64,000 nucleotides of DNA from Gracilinanus agilis. Its lineage: Eukaryota. The translations under genes were made by a program, and so were the position numbers. The first letter of the stretch is position 1. The number at the start of each line of letters is the position of its first letter. The notes under the pieces were generated by a model that saw only the letters and a program-made list of their open reading frames with translations, was not told the origin of the DNA and did not search any database. Positions 13,070 through 26,780 of the stretch are shown here, piece by piece. The stretch is taken from positions 123,313,319 through 123,377,318 of the forward strand of contig NC_058132.1 of the NCBI RefSeq assembly GCF_016433145.1, read 5' to 3'.

Positions 13070-15591
13070 TTCTTACTTTGCAATTGCACTAGCTTCCCCA
13101 CACAGCCATCTTTGGGGCATAATTTTATGGTGAGATTTGCCAGTTTTGTGGCAAATTTATTAGCTTTTTGCTTCTTGGTTTGACTTCTATCAATAAATGA
13201 GGGCAGGGGGAAAAAACCCAACCCTTCAAGAGTTTTCCTTGTCTCACACAAGTTGATCCTCCCCTTGTAGTGAAGCGTAGCTCTGCCTACTCTCTCTCTC
13301 TGTTTCTGTCTGATTTTTCTCTGTCTGTTTCTCTTTATCCGGTTCTATCTTTCTTTGAGAGGGGAAGGGTTCTTCCCCACTTTATCACTCAGTCAGCTCT
13401 CGAATTAGTAGCCCTTGACAAAGATGGGGTTGAGTCTTTTTTGGTTCCTAAGGTATGTCCACCCTTTGTCTGCTAGCCTGATGAAAAATGAGGTTAAATG
13501 TTTTTCTAAGTTTACTGCCCAGCAGGAATGGAACAAACCTAACATTCAATATATCATACATTGACTCTGGTAGTTTAGGTGAATATAGACTTGAGTTGAA
13601 TTCAGAAAGATTGAAGCAAACAAAATAAAAACCTTTGAAAGCGAACAGTAAATTAGACCAGTACGGTTCTCATAAATCCACAAAGGAGGCAAAGAGAGGA
13701 AAAAATGGTCCCTGTGTACACATATATCTCAATAGGCTTCACCCGAGCTGAGGCCCTGAAGGATAGGAAGGACTTAGATAATGGAGAGCCAGGAGAAGGG
13801 CATTACAGACAGATGAAAAGCATGAGGAAAGGAACAGAGACACGTGTGCTTGGGCATGGTCTATTCAAGATCCAAAGAATTCAGCTTGGCTGGTCTGGAG
13901 AGTTCGCATGAGAAGGAAAAAGTGGAAAATAAACACAGGCTAGGGACAGGTTGGGGAGATGCCTTGAATGCCAAGCAAAGGAGTTTTCCAAGATACAGGG
14001 GCAAGCGATGCATAGACAATGATGCTTAAGGAAAGTTCAGGTTCAGGGTTATTTCTAAGCAAGAAAGGTTCAGTTTTATAGGAGAATTTTCTGGTTTAAA
14101 GCTCTGGAAATGAGGTCCTCTGCCTCCATGGTGAGTATAACACCCAGAGAGCTTAAAGGCACGAAGAATTGATTCCCAAATAATATAATAATAGTTATCC
14201 TATCTAAGTCCCAAGATTATGGCTGAAGATCCAATGAAGGGGCAGCTAGGTGGTTGGTGGATAGAGCACCAGTTCTGGAGTCAGGAGGTTTTAGCATTTG
14301 TCAATTCTCATCTGTCAAACTTCTGACTGAAATAACCAGGATTTGAGACCTCAGCTTATCTCATGAAGTTTTACCCGGAGTTTCTGAGGGCATCATTCCT
14401 ATGGTCAAAGCTACAAAAAATACTCTGCTATTTGCCTCAGAAGGGGAAAAGGTAGTTCTGATGAATCAAACATTCTGGTTAAGAGATAGTAATATAGATT
14501 CTGCCTAAATTGGAAATGCAATACAAGAAAATATGTGTAGTATTATCATATTATGTAGTAAGACTAAATCATCCAGTCTTTTTACTGAGGATCCGGGAGG
14601 TAGTTTAGGTCACCACTCTGCCTATCAATTATTATTGTACTCTGGAAGCTTGGGCGTGTTGGCCAATGGAAAGAGCTGGGCCACAAAGAGTTTAGTGTAT
14701 ACCATGATATGGCATCCTTCTTCCAAACTGGCAAGACCCACCCCCAGCCCCCAAATCAAACCCCCTCCCACCATCTACATAGAAGAACTGCAAAGCCATT
14801 GTCTGGCTTATTAAATTCAATTAATTAATGATGCAAATGTCTCAGAGGCTGTAGAAGTAGTGTCCTCTTGTTCACTGTGGTAGTGAGTGGTTAAGCTGTG
14901 GGTGAGGGTTTTTAATCTTCTAAAGTTCAGGCAAGTGGCAGGCAGCCAGGAGAACACTTAGCAGGGATGCCCCTCCCTCCCATCTGTCTCTGCTCTTCAT
15001 GGGATCTTAAGGCAGCAAAATTGTAACAGACAAAATGTGAGTGATTTCAGCGATTCAAAAAAAAAAAAATGGCAGCAGCAACCAAAGAGAATCACTCTAT
15101 TCTGTGGATCACATCTTCTGCTGCTTTTGGCTCCCAACAAACCAACCTGGAATCAGATTGTTTGCTCCCAAAGATGATACATTTTTTAAGGTGGAAAATT
15201 CTTTCAAAACTTTCATGCAAATAGTGTGGAAGTCAGGAAGACTTGAGTTTGAATCTTGCCTCAGCCATTTATTAGCAGTTTGACCTTGGGCAAGTCATAG
15301 CCTTAGTTATTTTCATCTGTAAAATGGCAATAACATAGCACTTACTTACCTCGCTGGATTGTTGTGGGAATCAAATGATATCACCTCTGCAAAGAGCCTT
15401 GTGAATTTTAAAGTATTATATAAATTTTGGATTTCTTTTCAAAATAACTTATTTCCTAGTGCAGATGTCCTTGGGTGAGAATCTTACTAGACTCAATATT
15501 TATGGATCTAATCTTCTGTCTTCAAAGTAGTCTTCCTCCTATATTCCCATGTCTTTGGCATCTAGGGACAATACTTCTGTAAAAAGTAATC

Positions 15592-15849
15592 ATTTTTTTC
15601 TTTTTAATAAACTCTTACCTTCAATCTCAGAGTCAATAATAAGTATTGTTTCTAAGGCAGAAGAGAGGTAAGTTCTAGGCAGTGTATGTCATGATACAGC
15701 ACCCTTCTTCCAAACTGGCAAGACCCACCTCGCCCCACTAAAATTCAGGGTTAAGTGACTTGCCCAGGGTCACACAGATAGGAAATCTGTGAGATCAGAT
15801 TTGAACCCAGGACCTGGCTCTTTATTCACTGAACCACCTAGCTTCCCCC
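15592..15849 (-). mobile_element. SINE1_Mdo-type SINE carrying a ~60-bp internal insertion
   Basis: SINE1 sequence split at ctaggca|attcagggttaag by 15682-15742. Confidence 0.9.
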
Positions 15850-16323
15850 TAAGAAGTAATCTTCTAATACCCTTAAACCTTAACATGGTAGGAACTCACT
15901 AGGTTTTGACCTGGCTTGGTGCCTTTTTTGTGGAAGAAAACATTTCTCCAGGGTAAACTGAATCTTAGCAGAGAGAAAATGGCCATTGCATGACTTCCAG
16001 CTTGGGTAATGTGTTTCATATTAAAAAGGCAATACATTCCGAAGAATGGAGAAATTTATGAGGACTCAGACGCCTGCATCTTGTAGTTGGCACTGCCATA
16101 ATTTTGTGAATGACCTCATTCTAACCTTTCTGCTTCTCCTCAATTGTGAAGCTGAGACCAGTTAAGCTGCCCCAACTCTCCCTTCCTACAGCCTGGAATA
16201 TCTCTTTCATTCTAGGCAGTGTTTCATAGTACAAAGGAAAGGGCTTTGGAGTCAGAGGACCTGGATTCAAATTCCACCTCTGATGCTTACCTGCTGTGAC
16301 CTTGGAATAAGTCACATTACTTT

Positions 16324-16541
16324 TTTGTTGTTGAAACTCTTACCTTCCATCTCAGAATTAATACTGTGTATTGGTTCTAAGGCAGAAGAGTGGTAAGGAC
16401 TAGGCAATGGGAGTCAAGTGACTTGCCCAGAGTCACACAGCTAGGAAGTGTCTGAGGTCAGATTTGAACCCAGGACCTCCTATCTCTGGGCCTGGCTCTC
16501 AATCACTGAGCCACCCAGCAGCTCTCCCTCCCCCCCCCCCC
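16324..16541 (-). mobile_element. SINE1_Mdo-type SINE
   Basis: Diagnostic sequence; TSD cattacttt. Confidence 0.95.
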
Positions 16542-17414
16542 CATTACTTTCTTGAGCCTCAATTCCCAATTTGTGAAATGAGGACATTGGACTCAGCTTC
16601 TGAGACCCCTTCTAACTCTAAGTCTTTGGTTCTACAGAAAACAGCCAATAATAGGAATAATCAGGTTTCCCTGGGATGAGGAGAAGATTAGCAACAAGTT
16701 CCTAAATTAATTAGAAAATAAGATGTGAAGAGGTGATCAGTGTCAACATGCCCAATAATGAACCGTATAGTCCGTATAGTCCATAGTTCAGGTGATGTAG
16801 CAACCTAAACATCAATCTCACCAGGATTTGTCTCACTCTCTCTTGTCTGTGTCCTAGACAAAGATTCCCAAAGCTCCTTCTTCACTCCTTCTACATCCTT
16901 TAAGCATCCATGGGAGAGCCCTGCCTGCTATAACACACCTTTCAGGACCCACACCAAGGTATAGCGTTCTAGGTGAAACTGAGTCCTAGTTAGCCCTTTA
17001 GGGAACATCCAATAGTCCTAGGACAGGGTGCTGGTACTACAGAAAATGGCACAATGATGGGGCAGATTATATTAACAATGCTAATAATAATGATGAAGGT
17101 AATTTCCAACATTTACTATGTGCCAGGCACCATGCTCAGCATTTTACAGTTATTATCTCATTTGATAACAGCTCACCATTTCAGAGCCCTTTGACATTTA
17201 CCAAATACTTTTCTCCCAATCACCTGGGGAGATAGGTAGTTTATTATTCTCCCCATTTTATGATGAGGGTAGTGCAGAGGCTTGCCCAAGGTCCATAGGC
17301 TTCCTATGACATTCCTGACTCTTAGTGCAATGCTACTATAGCAGATGTTGGTGCCACCATGGTTCACCCAGGCTTCCCATAACCAAAATCCAGAATCTTT
17401 TTTTTCCCTCACCT

Positions 17415-18860
17415 GACTGCCCTCTGGACTCCTCCATTATGCCCCTACACATATACTCTTCATCCTGAAAGCTCCCTTTAGTCCTAAAATTCACATCTGG
17501 GAAGTACCTTCCTCTCTCTCTATTTGGATAGTTCCTTCCAGAACTTCTATTGGAGGAAATCCCCTGGGTAACCATCTCTTCATTTCTCAAGTTGCTAGAT
17601 TGACTTTTCCATGGTAGCCATGCTCCCTTTTCAGCTTTTTAAAAATATGTTGTCTTACCCCAATAGGATATAAGCTCCTTAAGGGCAGGGACTGTCTTTT
17701 ATTTCTGCCTGGTTTTTTTTATTTCCAACACTCAGTACTTATTAAGCGTGTGTTGCCTGAACAACTGGCCTTTCATATCTGAACTATTACCATGTCCTAT
17801 TAATTCCATTCTACCACATCTCTCATATTTATTATCTCCTCTCTCTTCCTACTGTCATCAGCCTGATACAGGTCCTGGTACCCACCCACCTGGTATAATG
17901 TATTAAATTCCAAACAGGTCTTCCCCACCTCAACACTCTTACACATCCAATCCATCCATTATATCATTGTCAGACTTTTTTTCCTTCTACATAGATTTGG
18001 TCACATTACTCCTATGCTCAAAACTCATCCAAGATCCACTATTGTCTACCAGGTAAAATTCGTAGTCCTTTGCCACACAAGACCCTCTTCAATTTAATGC
18101 CACCTAATTTTTCTGTCCTTATACTAGTTTTGGAAAGAAGGGCCCACTCATCCAACACTAAAATAAAGGAGGAGAAGATGGGAGATGAAGCTGAGGTGAT
18201 TCAAAGTATACAATTGGGAAAGAAAGAGACCTCCCAATGATGGCCTCAGTTTTTCAGTAAAGTATGAGGTGAGATTCTCTGCTGAGAGGGTTGGGGGAAG
18301 TTGGGTGTAGGTGACTTGAGAAGAGAAAGGGCAGTTTGGTATAGTTACTGTGACAACTATGACAAAAAGCTGATAAGGAAATAATAATAGGATTGGTGTG
18401 CTACCACAAGGCACAGATTGATGATGGATAACAGATTTATTATGGGTTTACCCTCTAGGGACATTCAGGACAATGGAAATAGGGGCAGAAAAGGCATCAT
18501 CTTCTCAGGATGAATGGCAACAGGAAAAGAGGACAATGGACACAAAGCTAGAGGATACTATAAAGACAAATGACTTAACTAAAGGACTGAGATTTTTGAA
18601 AGGAAAAATATGTGAAACCAGATCAAGGATAATGTCTGGGGAAGAAGTGGAGTGACTGAATACTGTGGAAAAGAAAGGCAATGGCTGAATGGGAAGTGAG
18701 GCACAGTGAGATCTGGAAGAAGAGAAGGCTATGGTCAGAGAGAAGAACTTCAGTTATGGATTATAGAGGTAGAAAACAGGTGGATGAAGGAAGTTTTGAA
18801 TTCTAAGAGGTAGATATAGGAGTAACATTATATCAGGCATGAGGTACTGCCTGTGCAATG
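17415..18860. mobile_element. Cluster of L2 fragments in both orientations
   Basis: L2 3' motifs (taagctccttaagggcagggac; ttgtctaccaggtaaaatt) and antisense L2 internal purine-rich blocks. Confidence 0.65.
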
Positions 18861-19175
18861 TCTCAGGGACAGGAGATGCAATCTCACATGTAGGAAACAG
18901 AAGGTAGGTAAATAAGGTGGTTTGGAGTGTGTAGTGTGCATGTGTGTGGTAGAAATATGTAATCTTTAAGTAAATGTTAGGCTAAAGCCTAATTAACCAT
19001 CCCTACATTTGTCTATGGTGGAATAAAGATAAAAATCAAGGGAGTTAAAGAGATCCCCTTTACAGTATACCTAAACAAGTGGTCACTGACCTTTATACAA
19101 AGACCTCAAATGAGGAAGAGCTCTCTGGCCTCTTCTCCCTCAGGATAAATAGATTTCTTAGAAAGAGCTCTTTGA

Positions 19176-19892
19176 GGAGGGCAATTTGGAATTATGCCCA
19201 AAGGGCTTTAAATGAATGCCTACCCTTTGACCCAGCCATACCACTGCTGGGTTTGTACCCCAAAGAGGTACAAAATAAGGAAAAAGACCTGAACAAAAAT
19301 ATTTATAGCCAGGCTCTTTGTGGTAGCAAAAAACTGGAAAACGAGGGGTGCCCCTCAATTGGGGAATGGCTGAAAAAATTGTGGTATCCGTTTGTGATGG
19401 AATATTATTGTGCTGAAAGGAGTAAAGAAATGGAGGAATTCCATGTGAACTGGAAAGACCCCCAGGAACTGATGCAGAGTGAAAGGAGCAGAACCAAGAG
19501 AACATTATACACAGAAACTGATACCCTGGGGCACAATTGAATGTAATAGACTTTTCTACCACTAGCAATGCAATGACTCAGGACAATCCAGAGAAATTTA
19601 GGAGAAAGAACATTATCCACATCCAAAAGAACTGTGGAACCAGAAATGCATTAGAAAAATATATGATCGACCACATAGTACGATAGAGATATATTAGGGT
19701 TTTGATGTTAAAAGATCACTCTACTGCAAATATGAATAACATGGAAATAGGTTTTAAACAATGATACATGTATAACCCAGTGGAACTGCTTGTCAGCTTT
19801 GGGAGCGGGGAGGAGAGAGTGAGGGTGGAGGGGATTATGAATCATGTAACCTTGGAAAAATATCCTAAATAAAAATTTAAAACAAAGAAAAA
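19176..19892 (+). mobile_element. 5'-truncated young L1 with TSD
   Basis: ORF 19079-19540 contains L1 ORF2 C-terminal peptide (DPAIPLLGLYPKE; CPSIGEWLKKLWY); TSD gaaagagctctttga / gaaaaagttctttga (19161-19175 / 19893-19907, 13/15). Confidence 0.97.
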
Positions 19893-19924
19893 AGAAAAAG
19901 TTCTTTGAATAAAGTCTATATAGT

Positions 19925-20400
19925 TGCATCTTAAGTTTTTCTCCATAATTCTGTCTTCTAGGTCCAAGCAGAACAAGTCTAATTCATCATTAATAAGAAA
20001 GCCCTTCAAATGTTTGAAGAGAGTATATCCCCCCAGTATCTTCCCTTTCTAAATAACCCTAGTTCCTTCAAACAACTTTCATGTGGTCCAGGATTTACAT
20101 CTTTCACTCTCTCATTGTCTTCCTCCTTGAGATACCCTTTAATTTATAAATGTAATTCATTAAAAGTAATATCTAGATCAAGTGGATGTGGTCCAATAAG
20201 GGTAGAGTTCTGTGGGGCTATCACTTCCCTTGTCTTTGAAACTATGTCTTTTTTAATGTTTGCTAAAGCTAAAGATTGCTTTAGCTTTATTTGGGCTGGC
20301 ACATCACAGTATTAAATCATATTAAACTTTCAGTCCACTAAAACCCCAGATCATTTCCTCATGATTGGCTATCTAGTCATGCTTCCCCTACTTGGGTTTA
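19925..20400 (-). mobile_element. CR1/L3 LINE fragment
   Basis: ccaagcagaacaagtctaattc...cccttcaaatgtttgaaga is the antisense CR1 3' ORF2 motif. Confidence 0.75.
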
Positions 20401-20499
20401 TGAAGATGATTATACTGATTGTGTGCTTTGAATAATAGAACACATCTGGGCTTCCTAAATTACATCCATAGCCCCTCAAAAGAAATCAACATGTCAGTT

Positions 20500-20820
20500 G
20501 ACACAGGAGAAAACAAGTCAATGAAGAATAAATATTGTCCGAACTATGACATACAATTGGATACCCAGTCCATTGATTTAGTCCATTAGTTCACTATGTC
20601 AGAGAGCACAGACAGAAAACGAGCTGAGCCCAGAATTAAATGGGAGGAGGAGATGGGGTTAGATTGAATTTGGGAGATTCCTTTTATGCTTTCAAAGATC
20701 CCAAGCCATTCCCAGACAGAAATATCTGACCTTTTAATTATTAATATACTCTTGTTGATGCTAATTAAGAATCTCTGCAATCTCAAAATATTTAACTCCA
20801 CCATCATCTTTGTCAAGCCT
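20500..20820 (+). mobile_element. RTE-clade LINE fragment
   Basis: gacagaaaacgagctgagcccagaattaaatgggagga... resembles marsupial RTE post-RT region. Confidence 0.6.
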
Positions 20821-21239
20821 TGCCCATAATAAACTCATCACCAGGGAGAGCTTGCTTCAGTGGTACTCCTCACACCTTATTAGTATCCTCAGTTGCTTTA
20901 GCCTTTCTGATCAAAGAGCCTGAGGACAGAGCAAAAAAAAAAATCCTCTCCCAGCTTCCCTTTATAGAGGGTACAAAATGTCAGCCATCTCTTCAATTGT
21001 CACCAGATGTTTGGTGTGGTTTCATCATCACTTTCTTAACCTCTCCCCCATCTCTTAATGTCTTCCCCAACTTTTCAGATTCCTTTTGTGTATTGTATCT
21101 CCATATTGGATTGTAAGCTCCTTGAAGGCAGGGAATGGCTTTTTTTTTCTTATTTGTATTCTCAGCACTCAACATGGTACCTGTTACATGGTAGGTATTT
21201 AAAAAGTGTTTATCATATCTATGATAATTAAAACTTCAG

Positions 21240-21600
21240 GTGATCCAAAGATCCATGAAAAGACACAGAAGAGGTATAAAGAGTCTGCACAGTAATGCCA
21301 GGAATGTGCAAAAAGTAGCATAAAAGACAATTGGGTGGGTGTATGCCCATAAAGGGATGTTGGTCGATCATATAATGAGATCATGGGATAAGATGTATGG
21401 TCAGATGCTGTGTTGCTATCCATGAAATGTTAAAAGACCATGAAGAAGCTTGTTGGGAGGCTCCTCTAGGAGTGATTTGTGGTTAAGCATGGACAAATAT
21501 CATATAAAATGAGAAAATAGGGATAGGTTATGATATGCCCAAATGGCTGCAGAAAGCATACATGGATGAAATTGTGGGTATGTATGCATGAGGCAAGCTG
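21240..21600 (+). mobile_element. RTE-clade LINE 3' fragment
   Basis: Degenerate RTE C-terminal motifs (gttggtcgatcatataatgaga...aatgttaaaagacc). Confidence 0.55.
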
Positions 21601-21766
21601 GACCGTCTTCAGACCAGAGGATGCTTCTTCATCCTATCCACCATCCTATCTGACACTATGTCTGTGCCCCTACTCTGCCCCCTTCCTCTCCTACCTTTTG
21701 CTCTGGGAACTGTAATCAAAACAATATTACCATTGCTTCTAGAAAGGGTATGTTAATCCATTTCCT

Positions 21767-22008
21767 GGGGCAGGTAGGTGGCAAAATGGATAAAGTGTTC
21801 TGCTCAGAGTCAGAAAGATTTGAGTTCAAATCTGACCTCAGACACTTAGTAACAGTAAGAAATCACTTCACCCTGTTTGCCTCAGTTTCTTCATCTGTTA
21901 AATGAGCTGGAGAAGGAAATGGCATACCACTCCAGTATTTTTGCCGAGAATATCCCAAATGGGGTCACAAAGAGTTGGATATGACTGAAATGACTGAACA
22001 ACAACAAA
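21767..22008 (+). mobile_element. MAR1-type core-SINE
   Basis: ggggcaggtaggtgg head, RTE-like tail ending (aac)n; TSD aatccatttcct / aatccactttct. Confidence 0.92.
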
Positions 22009-23907
22009 AATCCACTTTCTAATTGATTCAATAAATATTCCATTGACTTCTCTGATCAGATCAAAATATCCTTCTTTTGAAATTACTCCCCTTATGTGTT
22101 GTCTCATAATATTAGAATATCAATGACTAAACTCCACGAGTTATCTCATTTTCCTTAGCATAGTGCTGAGCACATAGTAAGTGCTCAATAAAACTGTTTT
22201 GTTTTTTTAACTCACTTGCAATGTAGTTACAACTGCCCTATCTTGTGGGCTAGATAAGTGTTTTTATTTTCATTTTATAGATGAGACCACCAAAGTCCAG
22301 AGAAACCACACAGCTCATTAAGGTAAATGCTAAAGCTAGAACCCATGTCTTCTGAATTCTATTCCAATGTCCCCTTTTAATACAAGATCCCTTTAAAACA
22401 TATGAGAAAGTAACAAAATCTCTGTAAGAAATCTAGATTCAGTGCCAGCTTTCAAGGAAATATATCTACATCTAGTTCTGAGTTTACTGTCAAAAAATGT
22501 GATAAGTTTCTTGATTAATTTTTTTCAAACAGTTAACTCTTCCTTTTCATCTATAAAAATCTATGAATCTTTTGTAAAAGAAATAAACAAAACAATGCCA
22601 GTGAAAACTACTTGAACCTACCCAGGGTAATAGCAACAAAATTCTATTCAAATTCATCTTCCAAGCATTCTTTTTTATTTATCATGCAGCCAGCATTGTT
22701 GATTTGAAAAATACAATTCTTTTTAAAATGAAAAGTACAGATCAACCCATCTGAGACACCTTTTCAAAGACAGCCTATGATTAGAGTGTTCAAGGATGAA
22801 TATAACAGATGATTCTGTCCATCACAATAGAGAAAGATGAACAATAAATTTGAACTTCAGGTCAGTTTAATTCAATTTAATTCAATAAATATTTACTTTT
22901 ACTATTTTATATTTATGATTTGGATTCAAGTCTCAGTTTTACCACTCATGACAGTAGTTATGTTAATTACTTTGGGGGCAAATTTCTTCCCTTTAACTGA
23001 GCCTCAGTTTCCTCTTAAGTGAAGTTGGAGGATTAGATGTGATGCTTACTAAAGTTTCTTTAAGTCCTAAATCCCAAGACAAATATAAAATGAGAGGTTT
23101 TTTAGGGGGGAGGTCCAGACTTGTGATTTCATCATAGGTATGATGAACACTGGTCTTGAATCAGAAAGACTCATCATGGTTTCCTATCTAGCCTCAGACA
23201 CTTAGTAGCTGTGTGGTCCTGGGCACGTCACTCTACATTTTTTGCCTAGCTCTTACTTCTTTTCTGCCTTAGGATTTCAAAACACAGTCTTAATTCTAAA
23301 ATGGCAGGTAAAGGTTTAAAAAAAAAGAGAGAGAAATCTGAGGTTTAGGGCCTAGGGGTCTTGCAGAATTATGTTGTGAGTAATATAACTGGAAAGTCAG
23401 GTAGAGAATCAGATTTAAGGAAGCAGTGCATGAGTTTGATATTTAGATATGTTGAATCCAGGTGCTGGTTAGATAGGTGGGAGGAGATGTTCTAGCACTA
23501 GAAAATGTGAGTTTAAAACTCAGGTGATAGGGTAAGGCTAGAGAAAGAGTTGGTAACCATCCATAAAAAGGTAATAGGTGTGGCTCTAAGAATAGATGAG
23601 ATCACTAAGAATGTCAAGAAAGGGCTTATGACTGTGATTTAGAGACCAGCCAACATACAGGGGTCAGAGAGAAAGGATACAGCAAAGGAGACAGAATCAG
23701 AGAGAGAAGAGACCCAAGATGATTCAGTGGTAACTGTAGTGAAGGGAAGAGAGTATTAGGGAAGCAGGGAGTGAACAATACAATATGGTTCAGAACAATC
23801 AGAGGATCTGACTGTCTGTCAGACATCTCAGGCTAGATGATTCATGGACATCTGAAACTCATCATGCCCAAAGCAGGACTCATTTGAACACCTCAAACCC
23901 ATCTCCT

Positions 23908-23972
23908 TTTCCTTCCTTCCTTCCTTCCTTCCTTCCTTTCTTCCTTCCTTCCTTCCTTCCTTCCTTCCTTCC
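23908..23972. repeat. (TTCC)n microsatellite at SINE tail
   Basis: Seen directly. Confidence 0.97.
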
Positions 23973-24150
23973 ATTCTAGAGTCAATACTAAGTATCAATT
24001 CTAAGGCAAAAGAGAAATAAGTGCTAGGTAATGGAGGTTAAGTAACTTGCCCAGGATCACACAACTAAGACGTATCTGAGGCCAGATTTTAGCCCAGGTC
24101 TTCTCAACTCTAGGCCTGGCACTTTAACCACTGTGCTACATAACTGCCAC
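23973..24150 (-). mobile_element. SINE1_Mdo-type SINE
   Basis: tagagtcaatactaagtatcaattctaaggcaaaagag... Confidence 0.88.
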
Positions 24151-25469
24151 TTCCCTATTTCTTTTGAGAGTGCCACCAGCTCTAGTAATCCTGTCTCACA
24201 ACCTTGATGTCATCTTCAACTCTATAGTCACTCATGCTATCTAATCAAATGCCCACTCTTGTTGTTTCTACTTCTATGATGTTTTTCCTGTCCCTTTCCT
24301 TTATCTCTATTCACACAGCCTCAAATCTAGTCCAGATCCTTATTACCACTTACCTAGACTATTACAATAGCCACTTAACTGGTTTTCCTGTCTCAAGGCA
24401 TTCTATTCTTCATGCAGCTGATTGAGCAATTTTCCTAAAGTATAGGTATAACCATGCCACTCATTCACAATCAACCAATGAATTAAAGCATTTATGCTGT
24501 GTCTACTGTATGCCAAGCACTGTATTGGATACTTGAGATACAAATACAAAGAATGAAACAATCCTATTCTCAAGGAACCTACATTTTCCTACTCAATAAA
24601 CTATATTGTAGGAAAATGTAGGCTCTAGAATAGAATCTTGAGAATAGGATTGCCTCTAGAATAAAATACAGATTCCTGTTTGACTTTTAAAATCCTTCAC
24701 CATATTGCCCTTTGTATATACTTTTTTTACTTGATTGTATATGTGCTGTAGCCACTTCCCTCCTCACTCAGAAAAAGTAAACACTTTGAAGATAGGATGC
24801 TTTCATTTTTGTCTTTCTATCCCAAGATCCTACCACAGTGCCTTGAAAATAGGAGATGCTTAATAAGGGTTTATCTGTTGAATTGGATGTTTTTTTTTAC
24901 TAAGTCACTGTCAGTGATCCTTTAAAAATCTTGGAGAATAAGAGAAGCATTACAGGAAAAGAACAGATGACCTAATTGTTCCCCCTCCTCCAAAAAGAGG
25001 AAGATTCGAATATACAAATCATAAACCTGTGAGCTTGACTTAAATTTCTTGTAAATTTCTAAAATATATTAATAAAAGTATTATTTGTAAACTTTTAGAA
25101 AAGGAAACCACCCCTAAGAGCCAGGATGAATTCTTCAAAACAGACTACACTAAAGTAGACCAATTGCATTTTCTTTTTTGATAAGAAAGGAAGAGGATCA
25201 TCAGCATTTATTAAGCACCCGCCATTTGCCAGACATTGTGTTAAGTAGTTTACAAATATCTCATCTGATCATTAAAAAGACATTGGGAAGTGGGTGATAT
25301 TTTGGTTCCCATCTTACAGCTAAAGACATTTGAGGCAGACAGAAGTTAAGTGGCTTAACAGGGCCACATAGCTAGTAAATGCCAAAGCAAATTTGAACTC
25401 AGGTCCTCTTGACTCCAGGTCCACCATTCTCTGCACTATACCACCTAGCAGCTTCCTAGCAGGGTAACT

Positions 25470-26780
25470 AAAGTAGACTAGTAGATTTGGATAATATTCC
25501 AAGTATACTCCACCTACTTTCAACTTCAGTAAAGATTTGACAAGATGTATCCTAATATTTTTGTGGACAAGAGGGTAAGAGATGAGCTGAACACATATTG
25601 TCACAGAGTCTGGCCTAAAGACTAGCTTACTGGGTCATCGTTGGCTTGGAGGGAGGTCTTCAGCAAAGTGTCTCCAGGATCTGTTCTTGACCCTATGATA
25701 TTAATTTAACTTTTTTAAAAAGTCAGTGATGAAGTGCTAGACTGTATGCTTATCAAATATGCAGATAGCATGAAGTCGATGTTCTCAGTGTGTTGAATGA
25801 ATAAAAAGAAAGAAAAAAAACCCTTAGATTGGAACACTGGGCCAGATCAGATAATATGAAATTTAATAAGGAATAATGTTTGGTCCTATAGTTGAATTAA
25901 AGATCGGCCTTAAAAGTACAAGATGAAGGAAATAGAGGGATACAATAGTACATGTGGGATAGACATTGAGATTTTGCTAGACTTCAAGCACAATATATCA
26001 ACAAGGTGACATGGGAGCCAAAAATGTCCATGTAGTCTCTGGCAGTATAAGAGAGTCAGGTAAACTGAACAAGAGGTGATTATCCCCTTACATGCTGCTC
26101 CAGTCACCGGAGTTTGATGTTCAATATTGGAGACCACAGTTTAGGATGGACGTTAACCAGTTGGAGTAGGAGGAATGAAGACCATTTGATATGAAGTCAA
26201 TGCAATGTGGTAGCATTTGCCTATAATCCCAGTTACTGGGGATTCTAAGGCTGGCAGATCTCTTGGGCTCAGAAATTCTGGACTACAGTGGGCTAAGCAG
26301 ATGAGGTGTCTTTACCACCAATATAGTGAGCCATTGGGAGCAAGAGGCCACCATGTTGCCTGGGGAAAAACAAACTGACTGGCCAAGGATAGAAATGGAA
26401 CAGGTCAAAAGTGTCTATGTTGATCACTAATGGAATCAGGTCAATACTTATTGTCCATGAATCTACAAACATGAGCAAGACAGAGAGACCCAGGCTTTAA
26501 AAAAAGAAATCAGTGTAATGAACTAGAGAATTTTATCTTGGAAAATAGAAGGCTAGAGGCAAGTGATATGACAGCTATCTTTCCTTTTCTAAAGGGATGT
26601 CTTATGGAAGATGGTTTAAATTGGTTCTGTTTGGCCCCAGGAGGTAGGATTGTGAACAATGGTTGATGGTTGTAGAGAGGCCCATTTAAGTTCCATGCCT
26701 TCCTGACATATTCCTATTTTAATTGGGAACAGCCTGCCTTAAGGAAGTAATGCATTCCATTTCACTGAACAACAGAGAAT
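25470..26780 (+). mobile_element. CR1/L3 ORF2 RT-region fragment, interrupted by a 7SL retrocopy
   Basis: Degenerate RT motifs (ccaggatctgttcttgaccct; atcaaatatgcagatagc; atgaaatttaataagg). Confidence 0.85.
26208..26505 (+). pseudogene. RN7SL (pseudogene): 7SL (SRP RNA) retropseudogene, nearly full length
   Basis: Colinear with 7SL: Alu-domain 5' end, S domain (gaccacc.ggttgcct; gaaatggaacaggtcaaaa), 3' gagacc, A tail; TSD gaagtcaatgcaatg / gaaatcagtgtaatg (26193-26207 / 26506-26520, 12/15). Confidence 0.92.

Noticed and set aside
13075-13480. Possible LTR fragment (CT-rich tract, gaattagtagcccttgacaaag)
   Set aside because: No termini, TSD or confident family match.
19079-19626. Longest ORFs (153, 136 aa), and likewise 44178-44901 and 59182-59972
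   Set aside because: L1 ORF2 C-terminal remnants or their antisense frames; not host genes.
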